This document shows, piece by piece, positions 44,735 through 54,512 of a stretch of DNA of 64,000 bases. Position 1 is the stretch's first letter. The number at the start of each line of letters is the position of its first letter. The position numbers were made by a program, and so were the translations under genes. Origin of the DNA: a virus. The stretch lies in IMG/VR virus record IMGVR_UViG_3300043122_000050. One strand, written 5' to 3'. The notes under the pieces were generated by a model. It made no database searches and was not told the origin of the DNA. It worked only from the letters and a program-made list of their open reading frames with translations.

Positions 44735-45568
44735 TTAACCCCCTGTAGCTTGTTTAGTTAAATCTTTTAAGATAGACGAGTCATTCTTCAAGCTAGAGGT
44801 TTCAGTCTTAGCAGGAGCAGCAATACCCTGAGGAATGTCATACTCTTTAGCAGGCTGATTCCCTTTCTGTGCTTTCTCTGAGCCACTATTCTTAACGTCT
44901 GAGGAAATACGGTTAGTTGGGAATGTTGTTTTCATTAGCTCAACAAACCTAACTTGTTCAAAAGACATTTGAGGGTAGATTGCATCACCACTCTCAGGGT
45001 CTTGTGCAAAGCTAAGCGATGTACATACACAATTATCAAATAGATTCTTTACAGTGAAGTCTGTGTCAAACTCCATAAGAGATACTACTTGTTTTCTCTT
45101 AATGGTTTTTCTATCAGCAGTAACTTCTGTGAATCCGTTAATAATACTCTTAAGGGTTTCATAAACACTTGTTGAATTCTTCTCAAAAGCTACAGCCCCC
45201 ATTACAACTTCTGGAGGTGAGTCGTTACCAATAAACTGACTAATGGAGCTTGGGAGAAGTTTCACAAGAGGATTTTGCTGAGAAGAACCTATAAGAACTT
45301 GTGTTGGTTGGAACTCAAGGTTTTTAATGTTCTCCTGATTAGGAATAACATCCTGAGATATCTTCTGTAAATCAAATGTCTTACAGAAATCTACTTCAGT
45401 GACAACCCCTGAGATAGAAAACTTAGCGTTGTCTTGTATAATGTGGTCGGAAATACTACTTCCACTTTCAATCTGGTGTTTAGTTACGGAAGAGCTGTAG
45501 CTCTCCGAGAAGGAAAGTACAGCATCCATCCAAACAACATCACCAGACTCTAGCTTTAGTGCTATCAT
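44735..45568 (-). CDS. Tail protein, 277 aa, immediately downstream of the tape measure gene
   Basis: ACGGAG RBS. Assignment by position. Confidence 0.5.
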   Translation of the reverse strand: MIALKLESGDVVWMDAVLSFSESYSSSVTKHQIESGSSISDHIIQDNAKFSISGVVTEVDFCKTFDLQKISQDVIPNQENIKNLEFQPTQVLIGSSQQNPLVKLLPSSISQFIGNDSPPEVVMGAVAFEKNSTSVYETLKSIINGFTEVTADRKTIKRKQVVSLMEFDTDFTVKNLFDNCVCTSLSFAQDPESGDAIYPQMSFEQVRFVELMKTTFPTNRISSDVKNSGSEKAQKGNQPAKEYDIPQGIAAPAKTETSSLKNDSSILKDLTKQATGG

Positions 45569-45571
45569 CTG

Positions 45572-46698
45572 TTACTCCGTAACTGGTAGGTTCTTCATCG
45601 CATTAGATGAATATTCCTTGATTTTTTCCAAGACAAGGTCAGCTGTCTTCTGCGGATCACCCCCACCATCCACACTAATGGAAATTTTATCTACCATCAT
45701 CATGGGGGCGTTTACACCGGGCAGTCGATTATAAGAAGATGTTCTGTAAGGATCAAATGCCGGGCGATTCAGGTTATCCATAGTGACTTTCTCTTGGAGA
45801 TTAGAGATAGCTGTACTTGTAGGGAAGTCAGCAGAACTCTTAACTTTTTCAAGGTGCTCTTCAGCTTTTGAAGCATACACACTATGGGCAACATTCAGTG
45901 CGATTGTTGCAGCTACCAAGGCTGCAATTAGTGGGTGTTTGGCTATCACGCTAAGTATTCCTCCTACCATTCCACCAGCGGCACCTGCCCCATTGACAGC
46001 AGCAATACCACCAGCAATCTTGATTAAGTTGGAGGCGATCAACCCAAGTCCCACAGCAAATGCTGTAGTCTTCAAGCCTATCTCAGCCCAAGCATTATCT
46101 TGAAGAAATTCAAGGAAGTCTTTGGTATAAGATTCACCGCCCTTCAGACCAACAGAGATATCTTCCAGTACAAGGAATAGTATACCTGCGGCTGCTGCGA
46201 TTCTACCAAACCTTGCGGCAAGAAGTAAAGCCATTCCTGCTATTCCTGCCATCCCCTCGTCTGAAACCTCAAAATACCTAGCCATCCTTGAAAAGCCGCC
46301 TATTATGTTGTCAATGCCTACCACAACCCTTTTAAAAACATCTCCTAGGTTATTCCAAACACCTCCCAACCTTCGCGCCATTTCATAGTTATCCCTCATA
46401 ATATCTGAGAGGGAGTTAAAGATTTTTGCAAACCCTTGCTCACCACCATTCTTGGAGAATATACCTACAAACTTTTCAAACTGGAAGTTCATCCTTCCTT
46501 GAGCAACAATAGATGTACCGAGCGCAATTTGGTATGCATTGTTTGCTTCAGACATCTTTTCCATGTAAGCTGCCATTTTTGGTAGCATTTCATTAGGGTC
46601 AAGTTGTCCAGCTTCCATCATTTTGTTAAGAGCTTTGGTGTCTCCACCAGTCATAACTTCAGCGGCAATTCTAACTGCTGCTGGTAATCTTTCAGCTA
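45572..46698 (-). CDS. Tape measure protein, exon 2 of 2
   Basis: The frame is open from 46698 (..AERLPAAVRIAAEVMTGGDTKALNKMMEAGQLDP..). Gly/Ala-rich TM-like region. Joins in frame to 47717..48896. Confidence 0.75.
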
Positions 46699-47716
46699 CG
46701 TTTGTGTTCAGGAGAGGTCGTTAATCTCTCCCCGCTTTATTCAAGCTGCTATATGTTTCCATATAGACCAGACTATATCTTGTTGCACATGTGCGCAACC
46801 TCACCATTTCCACTCACTTGAGTGTACGCCCGTAGGCTAGTCGTTGAAGTTTACAACTACCAACTATATTTACAAGATATATGTTTGAAACCTCTACGTC
46901 TTTTTATATCGTAGATATGATCAAGTTTCACACTCTTGTTTGTACACAAATCATAGATTTCTTTCGGGCCTACGCCCCTCTCTATCATTTGGCAAATCCA
47001 TTCCACCGTTTTCTCAGACAACCTTTCGGACTTAGCCTTTATTGGAATATCTGGTAAATTCTTTGTTATCTCAGTCCAGTTAGTTTTGGATTTAATCTCC
47101 ATAACTGCTGTTCTTGAAAGGTTGTACTCTTTAGCAAGATCAGAGTTTCTTGCCCCGTTATATAACTTCCAGTAAACCTCTAATACCTGATCACTAGATA
47201 GGATTGATCTACCGTTTGATTCTCCAACATTAGTGTTAAGTCCGTTAGAAAAAGCATGTTGCTGATTTTCTTCCCTTGTAACCCACTCTAGGTTTGATAA
47301 GGTATTATTTGTCTTAATCCCGTCAATGTGGTTGACTTCACTCTTAAAGTCTGGGTTTGGTATGTAAGTTAGAGCTACAAGTCTGTGTATCAGGAAAGCT
47401 CTAGCTACACCATCGTCACATTTAATATTAACCCTTAAATAGCCATTCCTAATGAGTCTGGGTTTCATTAACCTGTTTCTGTGAAGGCTAAAAACATTAC
47501 CCTGAGTATCTATCTTGTAGTTCTTTGCAAATGGAATTTCTTTCATATAATTCTCCTTACTTAGTCATTCTGGAGTTTGTAGTTGTCTTACCTGCTGATC
47601 GCCCAATCTTGACAATTTTCAAACATTCACGCTCGATATTACTATCCACGTTGTAGTTTGTCAAGCTCTAAGGGGTTTCCAGCAATTAAATGAGTTTAAA
47701 GTCAGCTATTATGTTA
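46699..47716 (-). mobile_element. Group I intron (T4 td-like core) in the tape measure gene, carrying a homing endonuclease ORF
   Basis: The 5' exon ends GUCAGU, which pairs with GCUGAC 10 nt into the intron (U.G at the splice site). The intron ends ..GAUUAACGACCUCUCCUGAACACAAACG. Conserved AACGACUA and GAUAUAGUCUGG blocks are present. Confidence 0.8.
46857..47546 (-). CDS. Intron-encoded HNH_3/NUMOD4-type homing endonuclease
   Basis: HRLVALTYIPNP and VNHIDG.K.NN..SNLEWVT motifs, with C-terminal HTH-like repeats. AAGGAGA RBS. Collinear with 59288..59971. Confidence 0.8.
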   Translation of the reverse strand: MKEIPFAKNYKIDTQGNVFSLHRNRLMKPRLIRNGYLRVNIKCDDGVARAFLIHRLVALTYIPNPDFKSEVNHIDGIKTNNTLSNLEWVTREENQQHAFSNGLNTNVGESNGRSILSSDQVLEVYWKLYNGARNSDLAKEYNLSRTAVMEIKSKTNWTEITKNLPDIPIKAKSERLSEKTVEWICQMIERGVGPKEIYDLCTNKSVKLDHIYDIKRRRGFKHISCKYSW

Positions 47717-48896
47717 ACTGACCGCGAAGTTCCTCCGCATAAACCTGTTGTTTACTTACCATTTGCGACACTGCTCGAAAAGAACCTTTCATGGCCTCTT
47801 CATCAAGACCCATCACAGTGCCGTATTTCATAAACGATTTGAAGATTGTTTGTTCTTGTCCGCCAAGGGCTGTACCTTGAATGGAAGCTGCGAGCTTAAC
47901 AAACTCAGGCCCAAGACCTCTTACCGTTTTACCCATCTCTGCTCCTACAGAGTTGAGGAAAGCCATGTTCTCTGCTGCTGCTTGTTCTGACCCAGATACA
48001 GCCAGCAAAGCGTTCTCTACAGACTTAAGCTCTTGTCCAATCTTATTGAAGTTGACAGCAGCGTATGCAGCACCGAAACCCGGAAGTAATCCAGACATAC
48101 TACTAGAAGCAGCTCCGACAGCACCACCTACTGTAGCACCGCCAAACATACCTCTACCACCCGGTCTTCCAGCTCCACCCCCTCCCATTCTAGAAGCAAT
48201 GGCTTGAGCTTTCAATTCAGCAGCAGTGATAATAGCAGCAGCTCTCTTAGCCCCAGCTTCTCTGATAGCTGCTGTACGTTGAGCCATGATAGCTTCACGT
48301 CTAGCTACGTTCTCTTGGATTCTAGCTAAGTTTTGTGCAGCTCTTGATCTCCGCATATCTTCACGCATTGCAGCAGCGTGAGATTTATCCATACCCTCGT
48401 ATGCAGATTGCTTAGCTCCAAACAACTGATTGTACATTGCCTGCTGGGCATTTCTGGCTTTGTTCGTCATATTAGACGATCCACCAGTTAGTCTACCTAC
48501 ACTCTCCCTGAAGTTTGTTTGCCAAGCCTTAGCATTCTTACCAACTGCTCCGGGGCCAGACCACTTCCTAGTTTGCCTTGTAGCCCCTTCCCCAAACAAT
48601 TTATCATACATTGCTTGTTGGGAAGCTCTACTAACTTTGTTGTTTGCTTGTTGTATCTTTCTAGTAACAGCAGCTCTTTTATTAAGAACCTTATTACCAT
48701 CAGAGATAGCTTTGTTTAAATTCTTATTCTGTGTAACTAAGCTAGAAGCTTGTTTAGCAGACTTCTTAGCGCCAGCCTCCATGTTATGAAGACCACGCTC
48801 AATATTATCTAAAGATTTGCCCAGACGATCAATAGACTTCTGGTCTACCTTAATACCAATCTGAGCAAAATAATCAGCAATCTTTTGTCTTGCCAT
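47717..48896 (-). CDS. Tape measure protein, exon 1 of 2
   Basis: Long Ala/Gln/Lys-rich helical sequence ending ..QQVYAEELRGQ(L). A stop occurs 2 codons into the intron. Confidence 0.75.
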
Positions 48897-48914
48897 TATT
48901 CCACCATTCGTTTA

Positions 48915-49106
48915 CTATTGTTTTTGTTTAGGAGCTGGTGTTGGAGCTGTCAATGTATGGTGAGCATCCATAACTTCAAGGATGTCATACATATCCTCTA
49001 CATCGTATATTGTTTGAAGATCATTCAATGTAGCAAGTTTCAGCTCACTCGTAATAATAGCGAAGATATCAAAGTCTTGTGAAAACTCTTTAGAAACCCT
49101 TCTCAC
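48915..49106 (-). CDS. -1 frame extension ORF of the tail assembly chaperone (gpT-like part)
   Basis: This frame is open back to about 49175 and is offset by -1 from 49139..49531. A T5 run (plus-strand A5 at 49169-49173) is a candidate slip site. Confidence 0.45.
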   Translation of the reverse strand: MRRVSKEFSQDFDIFAIITSELKLATLNDLQTIYDVEDMYDILEVMDAHHTLTAPTPAPKQKQ

Positions 49107-49138
49107 TTCATTACTAACGATCTTGTCCGATTCAGAGA

Positions 49139-49531
49139 TTAGTTGCTTTCTTCTGAACCGAACAGTGTAAAAACCGAGCCGTAGTTAAACTCCACAATCT
49201 CTTTCACCAGAGTGAACAGCTTGCCATACTCACCAGAGAACTCCATATCGAAGTTAATGGCCATACTACCCTTAGTAGCACTTGCAGATACAAGCTCTTT
49301 AATAAGGCTTTCTACGTCTACAGTGTCAAGGTTATCAAACAATTTCTCCATAGCCAATCCCATAGGATTTGCATCAGCTTTCTCATCAGATTCACCGCCC
49401 TTCAAGAGTTCTGTGAAAGATGGGCCAATAAGCTTAGTCAGTTGCTTTAGAAGTTTAATCCCTTTAGTGGCAGGGATAGTGGACAACAGGAATTCTTCGC
49501 CGTTGATAGTAGTTGTCTTTTGCTTAATCAT
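49139..49531 (-). CDS. Tail assembly chaperone (gpG-like)
   Basis: AAGGAGGAA RBS. 130-aa acidic protein between the tube and tape measure genes. Confidence 0.6.
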   Translation of the reverse strand: MIKQKTTTINGEEFLLSTIPATKGIKLLKQLTKLIGPSFTELLKGGESDEKADANPMGLAMEKLFDNLDTVDVESLIKELVSASATKGSMAINFDMEFSGEYGKLFTLVKEIVEFNYGSVFTLFGSEESN

Positions 49532-49558
49532 AAAATAAGTTCCTCCTTAGGAATGTAG

Positions 49559-50098
49559 TTAAAAGCCAATAGCAGAAGATACTGTCTTCACTGCTGATTG
49601 ACCCGCTTGTGCAATCTTGTCTACTCCAGCTCCAAGGAACCCAGCAATATCTTCTAAGAATTGAGGTCTTGATCTAGAGTTACCACCAACCCAGATTACG
49701 TTGGTATTCAACATTTGAATAGTCCAAGTACGAGTAGATAGTTCGGTTGAATAGTTTAGTTCTGAGTAGCTAGAAACAAAAGCATTCTCTGTTTGTACTT
49801 TACTTGTCCCTGCTGTATCCTCTAGAGAGATACTTAGTCTGCCACGCCCTGTAGTAATATCTTGAGAGATAATATCTGACAGAACATCGTTAGCAACGGA
49901 GGTTTGTAAAAGTTCTACACTAAGAGTGCAGGATGTATCTTGTGTTCTAACTCTTGAATGCTGTCCTTTGATCCCCTTAATGATCTTATATCTTTCTGGA
50001 AAAGACATAGAGATACTAACGATACCACCTACTTGGTAATCACCAGCGATAAAGAGTTTTAGGTCAGCTGGTTTATAAGTTTTAACTTGAGCTGCCAT
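49559..50098 (-). CDS. Tail tube-like protein, paralog 3
   Basis: Shares Y.P.D, ..L.Q(T/S)S.(A/S)N..LS and R(T/E)W blocks with 50098..50604 and 50660..51184. Confidence 0.55.
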   Translation of the reverse strand: MAAQVKTYKPADLKLFIAGDYQVGGIVSISMSFPERYKIIKGIKGQHSRVRTQDTSCTLSVELLQTSVANDVLSDIISQDITTGRGRLSISLEDTAGTSKVQTENAFVSSYSELNYSTELSTRTWTIQMLNTNVIWVGGNSRSRPQFLEDIAGFLGAGVDKIAQAGQSAVKTVSSAIGF

Positions 50099-50604
50099 TA
50101 GATAACTCCTAGATCACTGAGAATAGGGAGAGCACTTGCACCAAGACCAATAATGTCTAGTACAGTGTTGCCTTCCTGATTACCACCGATACTCAAGGCT
50201 GCTTCAGAGGTTCCTAACACCCATGTACGGGTTGTCAAGGATGCACCAAAAGAAGTGTCAGGAATATCTTCAATCCATGCTGTACCAGCAAAGAATGTAG
50301 TGGAACCTTTCTGATCTTTAATAAAAAGGGGAAACTTACCCATCTGCGTTGCAACATCTACGTTGTAGATTGCCGAGAGGATATTGTTTGCAGAAGACGA
50401 TTGAGCTAAGGTCAGCTCGACTGTGTAACCTTCGTCTTTGCGATAAATGCGGGCTTGTTCACCATCCATGCTCTTCATGGCATCAAATGGCTTTACATCT
50501 TTTCTAATACTGATGAATGTGTCTGATGCATATCCATCTAGCTTATAGAATCCACCTAAGAGGACTGTAACATCTTTAGGTGAATATAGAGCAATACTTG
50601 CCAT
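50098..50604 (-). CDS. Tail tube-like protein, paralog 2
   Basis: See paralog 3. AAGAGG RBS. Confidence 0.55.
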   Translation of the reverse strand: MASIALYSPKDVTVLLGGFYKLDGYASDTFISIRKDVKPFDAMKSMDGEQARIYRKDEGYTVELTLAQSSSANNILSAIYNVDVATQMGKFPLFIKDQKGSTTFFAGTAWIEDIPDTSFGASLTTRTWVLGTSEAALSIGGNQEGNTVLDIIGLGASALPILSDLGVI

Positions 50605-50621
50605 ATTCGCCTCTTAGAAAT

Positions 50622-50639
50622 GGGGCTGTTTCCAGCCCC
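50622..50639 (-). terminator. GC hairpin between tube paralogs 1 and 2 (attenuator or partial terminator candidate)
   Basis: GGGGCTG-GAAA-CAGCCCC followed by ATTTCT on the minus strand. Confidence 0.4.
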
Positions 50640-50659
50640 TATTCACTTTAATGGATTCC

Positions 50660-51184
50660 TTATGGAGTCCACTGTGCTCCAACAGTACCACCCAGAGCAG
50701 CAACAGAGTTGGCATCGTCAGCACTGAAGCGAGCGTTACCAGCAATGGTGGTGTTGAGCGAAGCAGCGTGGATCACCCACTCACGAAGTTCCATAGAGTT
50801 GCTGAAAGCACTGTTAGGTACAATAGCAATGTAGGCTTCGTCAGAGAAGTAGACAGAACGTCCAGTAAGGTCTTTGATTTGCAGAGAGAACAAGCCATCT
50901 GAGTTCAGACGTGCTCTATCGTACTCGTACAGCAAACTAAAGATATCGTTACTGTTGGAAGTTTGTTGCAGAGGAACAGTGATTGTAGCAGAGCTATTAC
51001 TGTTAAAGATACGAGTCTTGGTATCATCTGCACCGTAGTACATGGTGAATGTTTCAGCATTTCTTTCGATAGAAACAATGCTATCTTCACTGAAACCTGA
51101 TACAGTGTGCACAATCCCAGTAGCAGGGTGTGTGATAATCACACTAACACTATTAGGGCTGTAAGTTTGAAGTCTTTGTGTCAT
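50660..51184 (-). CDS. Tail tube-like protein, paralog 1
   Basis: TAAGGAG RBS. Lies directly downstream of the sheath-like gene. Confidence 0.55.
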   Translation of the reverse strand: MTQRLQTYSPNSVSVIITHPATGIVHTVSGFSEDSIVSIERNAETFTMYYGADDTKTRIFNSNSSATITVPLQQTSNSNDIFSLLYEYDRARLNSDGLFSLQIKDLTGRSVYFSDEAYIAIVPNSAFSNSMELREWVIHAASLNTTIAGNARFSADDANSVAALGGTVGAQWTP

Positions 51185-51195
51185 TTCCTAACTCC

Positions 51196-51507
51196 TTATA
51201 CGAAAACTTTACCTTGGATTTTGACGTAGTGAATAGCGCCTGCTAGGCGAGCTTCAAAACTCAAGTCTTCCAAAGTACGGGTTGCACGGAGGTTAGGGTC
51301 AACAGCCAAAACATCAGGTACACTGATCACAGGAGCAGGACTATCAGCCAGGAAGTTATTACGAATACCTTCTTGAATCTGCGCTCTTACTTCTGCTTCA
51401 ATAATAGAAACTCCAGCCGCCGTATAGGCAATTTTTGAAGTATTAACCAAGCGGAACCAGATACGTTCACGCATACGAGCGGTTAGCCAAAGTACACCAA
51501 TCATAAC
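51196..51507 (-). CDS. Tail sheath-like structural protein (DUF3383-type), exon 2 of 2
   Basis: The frame is open upstream of the track's GTG start. The C-terminus ..RLAGAIHYVKIQGKVFV is typical of this family. Confidence 0.65.
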   Translation of the reverse strand, partial: VMIGVLWLTARMRERIWFRLVNTSKIAYTAAGVSIIEAEVRAQIQEGIRNNFLADSPAPVISVPDVLAVDPNLRATRTLEDLSFEARLAGAIHYVKIQGKVFV

Positions 51508-51840
51508 CGTTACTTTCACAAAGAGGCGTTAACTCTTTGCTGGTTTACTTTTACATAAACTCCACTCACACTTTCATGTAAGACAAGACTATATCTTCAC
51601 CCTCTTAACAAGTAGGGTGTCTCCCATTTCGCCTCACTTGAGGCTACGGCATTCCTGCCTAGTCGTTGAACCTTCCCCTCATCAGGGCTTGGCTGCTGAT
51701 TGCCACATAATGTATTGTTCTCAGACATTCACGCTTAACTATATCTCAAGTTTACGTTGTAGTCAACACACCTTCGCGGGATTCCAGCAATTAAAGAGAT
51801 TTTTCACTAACCAATTACTTGATTAGGCGACCTTTTTCAA
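51508..51840 (-). mobile_element. ORF-less group I intron (333 nt) in the sheath-like gene
   Basis: Shares UUUAAUUGCUGGAA, CUACAACGU, AGCGUGAAUGU, AACGACUAG and GAUAUAGUCUUG blocks with the TMP intron. The 5' exon ends in U (UCGAU/GUCG P1). The intron ends ..AGUAACG. Confidence 0.75.
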
Positions 51841-52800
51841 ATCGACAAATTCACCACCAACCATCTTACCGTTAGTAGTTGCGTTTACACCACCAATGTT
51901 CTCATAAGTGTTTACGTTCTTATTAAGAAGATTGACAGTTTCAGTACCAGTTAGTTTATCTACCGAAGTACCAGTGAGGGTTTTATAAGCCCAAGTGTTA
52001 CTGCCCGGAAGAGGTTGAATCTGATAAGCAGTCCAAGCACACTCTGGATAGTTAGCATCGGCATCGGCTTTCCACATGATAGCTGTCTTGTTATAACCAA
52101 GGTCTTTCAGTTGGGAGGCAACGTCAGTGGTTACAGCAGTTTTGACAGCAGCAGAGTTGGTGGAAGTGATATACACTTTCTCACGAGCTTCAATGGCTTC
52201 AGCCAGCTCAAGGATAACAGCGTCAGAATGATCTTCAGCGTTCAGTGCAATCCATTGGTTGTTAGAGAACTCAACAGCGGTGAGGGCGTCAGACCAACTT
52301 TCAGTGGATGCTTTCTTAACAATACTTAGGTTGCTAGAAGTAGTGATACTCCACTCAGCACCCGGCACTGCAACATCAACTTCAAAAGTACCGTCAAGGT
52401 TGTCTGTGAAGTTTACACCAGTGATTTGGAGTTCGGCAGCTACAGCCAGATCAAGAGCAGTGATAATCTCAATGGCAGTGGCAGAAGCATCAGAGGTGAT
52501 TGCAACCTTGACACCATTAATGGTTACGCTATACTCGGTGCTATTAGAAACAGTAGCAACAGTACCGTCTACACCATCAATCTGCTTACGGCCAATGATT
52601 ACAGAGGCTGGAACAAGCTCTTGACCAAAGTAACGAAGACCAGCTTCATATACCGAGGAACCAGAACGGAAATCTTCAGCGAGAGCGCCAAAGGATGTAT
52701 ATGTACGTGTACGTTCAGCGAACGCTGTATGCTCAGCCAAGAAAAGAGGGATGTTAAAAGCAGCTCTACTTACTGCTTGTGTCTCCCTGCTGATGCTCAC
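51841..52800 (-). CDS. Tail sheath-like structural protein, exon 1 of 2, GTG start without an obvious RBS
   Basis: Ends ..NGKMVGGEFVD and joins to VMIGVLWLTARM.. in exon 2. Total 423 aa. Confidence 0.65.
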
Positions 52801-52857
52801 CTGAACAATGTCGGTTAAAACTGTGATTTTAGTCTCCCACGGAATCCATGATTCCTG

Positions 52858-53568
52858 CTATTTGTTTAAGTATTGATTTTTGATGTAAGTAACAAGTACA
52901 TCGGTCAATTCTTTGTTGATTCCGCCTGAAACGAAACTGAAGTTGTGTACTTCAAAATGACATTCTCGGCAAAGAGTTACAAGGTTGGTTTCTTCATACA
53001 CCAATTCTTCGTTTCCACGAAAGGGTAGTATATGGTGTGCATTTAATTGGCACCCCTTATTATTGCAAAGAACACAGGTGAATGAGTCCCTTTCAAAAAT
53101 CTTACGAGAGAGTCTTCCACCAGTTTCACGTTTCTTAATTAGAGTTTCTGGATCAAGACCTAATGACGCTCTGTATTTCCTAAATCTTTCCTTCTGCGAT
53201 TCTGTAGCCCTCTCTAGTCTGAGACATCCACAACTTTGACTTTCACCAGCTTTTAATGTTCTCAGTTCTACTAAGGCGGTTCCACCGCAATCACAGATAC
53301 ATTCGCAAAGTCTTTTACCAGTATCTTGCCTGTTAGTTACAACTAATCTACCAAACCTATTGCCCACAGGGTCTTCTACAGGCCGAGCTTTACTCTTAGA
53401 GATGCAGCCGCAACTTTTAAATATTCCCAGTTTAGATTTTGATACAACTGTAGAGTTTCCACAAATACATAAGCAATTGTAGTACATTCGCTTAAATTTT
53501 TCATGTATGCCCGCCTCGGAGACGACTGTAAGATAGTTATAGGTTTCCCCTATTTCAACTTTTCTCAA
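52858..53568 (-). CDS. Free-standing HNH endonuclease
   Basis: CVLCN...NAHHILPF......NLVTLCRECH..VH, plus several N-terminal CxxC-like pairs. Confidence 0.8.
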   Translation of the reverse strand: MRKVEIGETYNYLTVVSEAGIHEKFKRMYYNCLCICGNSTVVSKSKLGIFKSCGCISKSKARPVEDPVGNRFGRLVVTNRQDTGKRLCECICDCGGTALVELRTLKAGESQSCGCLRLERATESQKERFRKYRASLGLDPETLIKKRETGGRLSRKIFERDSFTCVLCNNKGCQLNAHHILPFRGNEELVYEETNLVTLCRECHFEVHNFSFVSGGINKELTDVLVTYIKNQYLNK

Positions 53569-53590
53569 TAGTTTTTACTCCTTGCAAGTA

Positions 53591-54133
53591 TTATTTAATA
53601 ATTTGTGTAATTATAACTGGAGGTGAATTATCTAGTTTCTTGTAAGTACCAGTTAACTCTACTGTCTCAATTATATCTACAGATTGTCGGGCCTCGACTT
53701 GATACGCAAAGAAGACATCAATCTGAAAGCACATATACCAATCAGTTTCACGCTTCTTTGGAACTCTTCTCACACTACCTTTACGCATAAAAGAAAGGGC
53801 ATTCTTTAGAAATGCTTCTTGTACTGGGGTAGAGTCGATTTGAAAATAAAACTCGTTAGCCATATCTGCTGCAACGAAGTCGTCATCTTGTTTACCAACA
53901 AACTCAAATAAAACTCTCGTTTCAAACTGACTTACTATTTGTTGTTCACCGATTGAATTTGTCAGTGTAGAGATATATTCTCTTCCAACCTGATCAACTT
54001 GGATAACATCAAATACAATATATTCTGTAGGAACCTCAGGGCCGTTTGTATAGGCTTGTACGATTTGTGTAGTGGGGAATACTAAAGCAAGACTGTCATA
54101 CAGCTTGTCTCTTAAATCTGTGTAGATGCTCAT
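53591..54133 (-). CDS. Head-tail joining/neck-region protein, 180 aa. Start moved to 54133
   Basis: AAGGGA RBS and an ATGA overlap with the upstream gene. Assignment by position only. Confidence 0.5.
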   Translation of the reverse strand: MSIYTDLRDKLYDSLALVFPTTQIVQAYTNGPEVPTEYIVFDVIQVDQVGREYISTLTNSIGEQQIVSQFETRVLFEFVGKQDDDFVAADMANEFYFQIDSTPVQEAFLKNALSFMRKGSVRRVPKKRETDWYMCFQIDVFFAYQVEARQSVDIIETVELTGTYKKLDNSPPVIITQIIK

Positions 54134-54510
54134 GTTAATTCCCTTCTCACGCAAATGCTCTTAAAGTGTGACAAGACTCCCATCTTATAAGAGATAACCT
54201 TCATTACTTCCCATGTTTTACCATCGAAAACGAACGTATCTCCTTGAGTGGGGGTAACACCCTCTGTACGCTGAACCAGCGCAGAAGTGGTGTACACCTT
54301 GACCATTTCCTTACTTCTATCACCTTCTGGCATCAACATAGTCTCTGTTGATTTCAAGACTGGTTGTATGTTAGCTTTCATCACTACAGCTACTGGGGCA
54401 TTTGGTTTATAAACACCTTTCACCCAAGTACCGCCACTACTTCTATTTACAGTGATTTCTACTTGACCATTTAGAGGAAGTAGTAAAGGAGGGGAAATCC
54501 CTAAGCTCAT
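54130..54510 (-). CDS. Head-tail joining protein, 126 aa
   Basis: GAGAGGTG RBS. Assignment by position. Confidence 0.5.
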   Translation of the reverse strand: MSLGISPPLLLPLNGQVEITVNRSSGGTWVKGVYKPNAPVAVVMKANIQPVLKSTETMLMPEGDRSKEMVKVYTTSALVQRTEGVTPTQGDTFVFDGKTWEVMKVISYKMGVLSHFKSICVRRELT

Positions 54511-54512
54511 TG

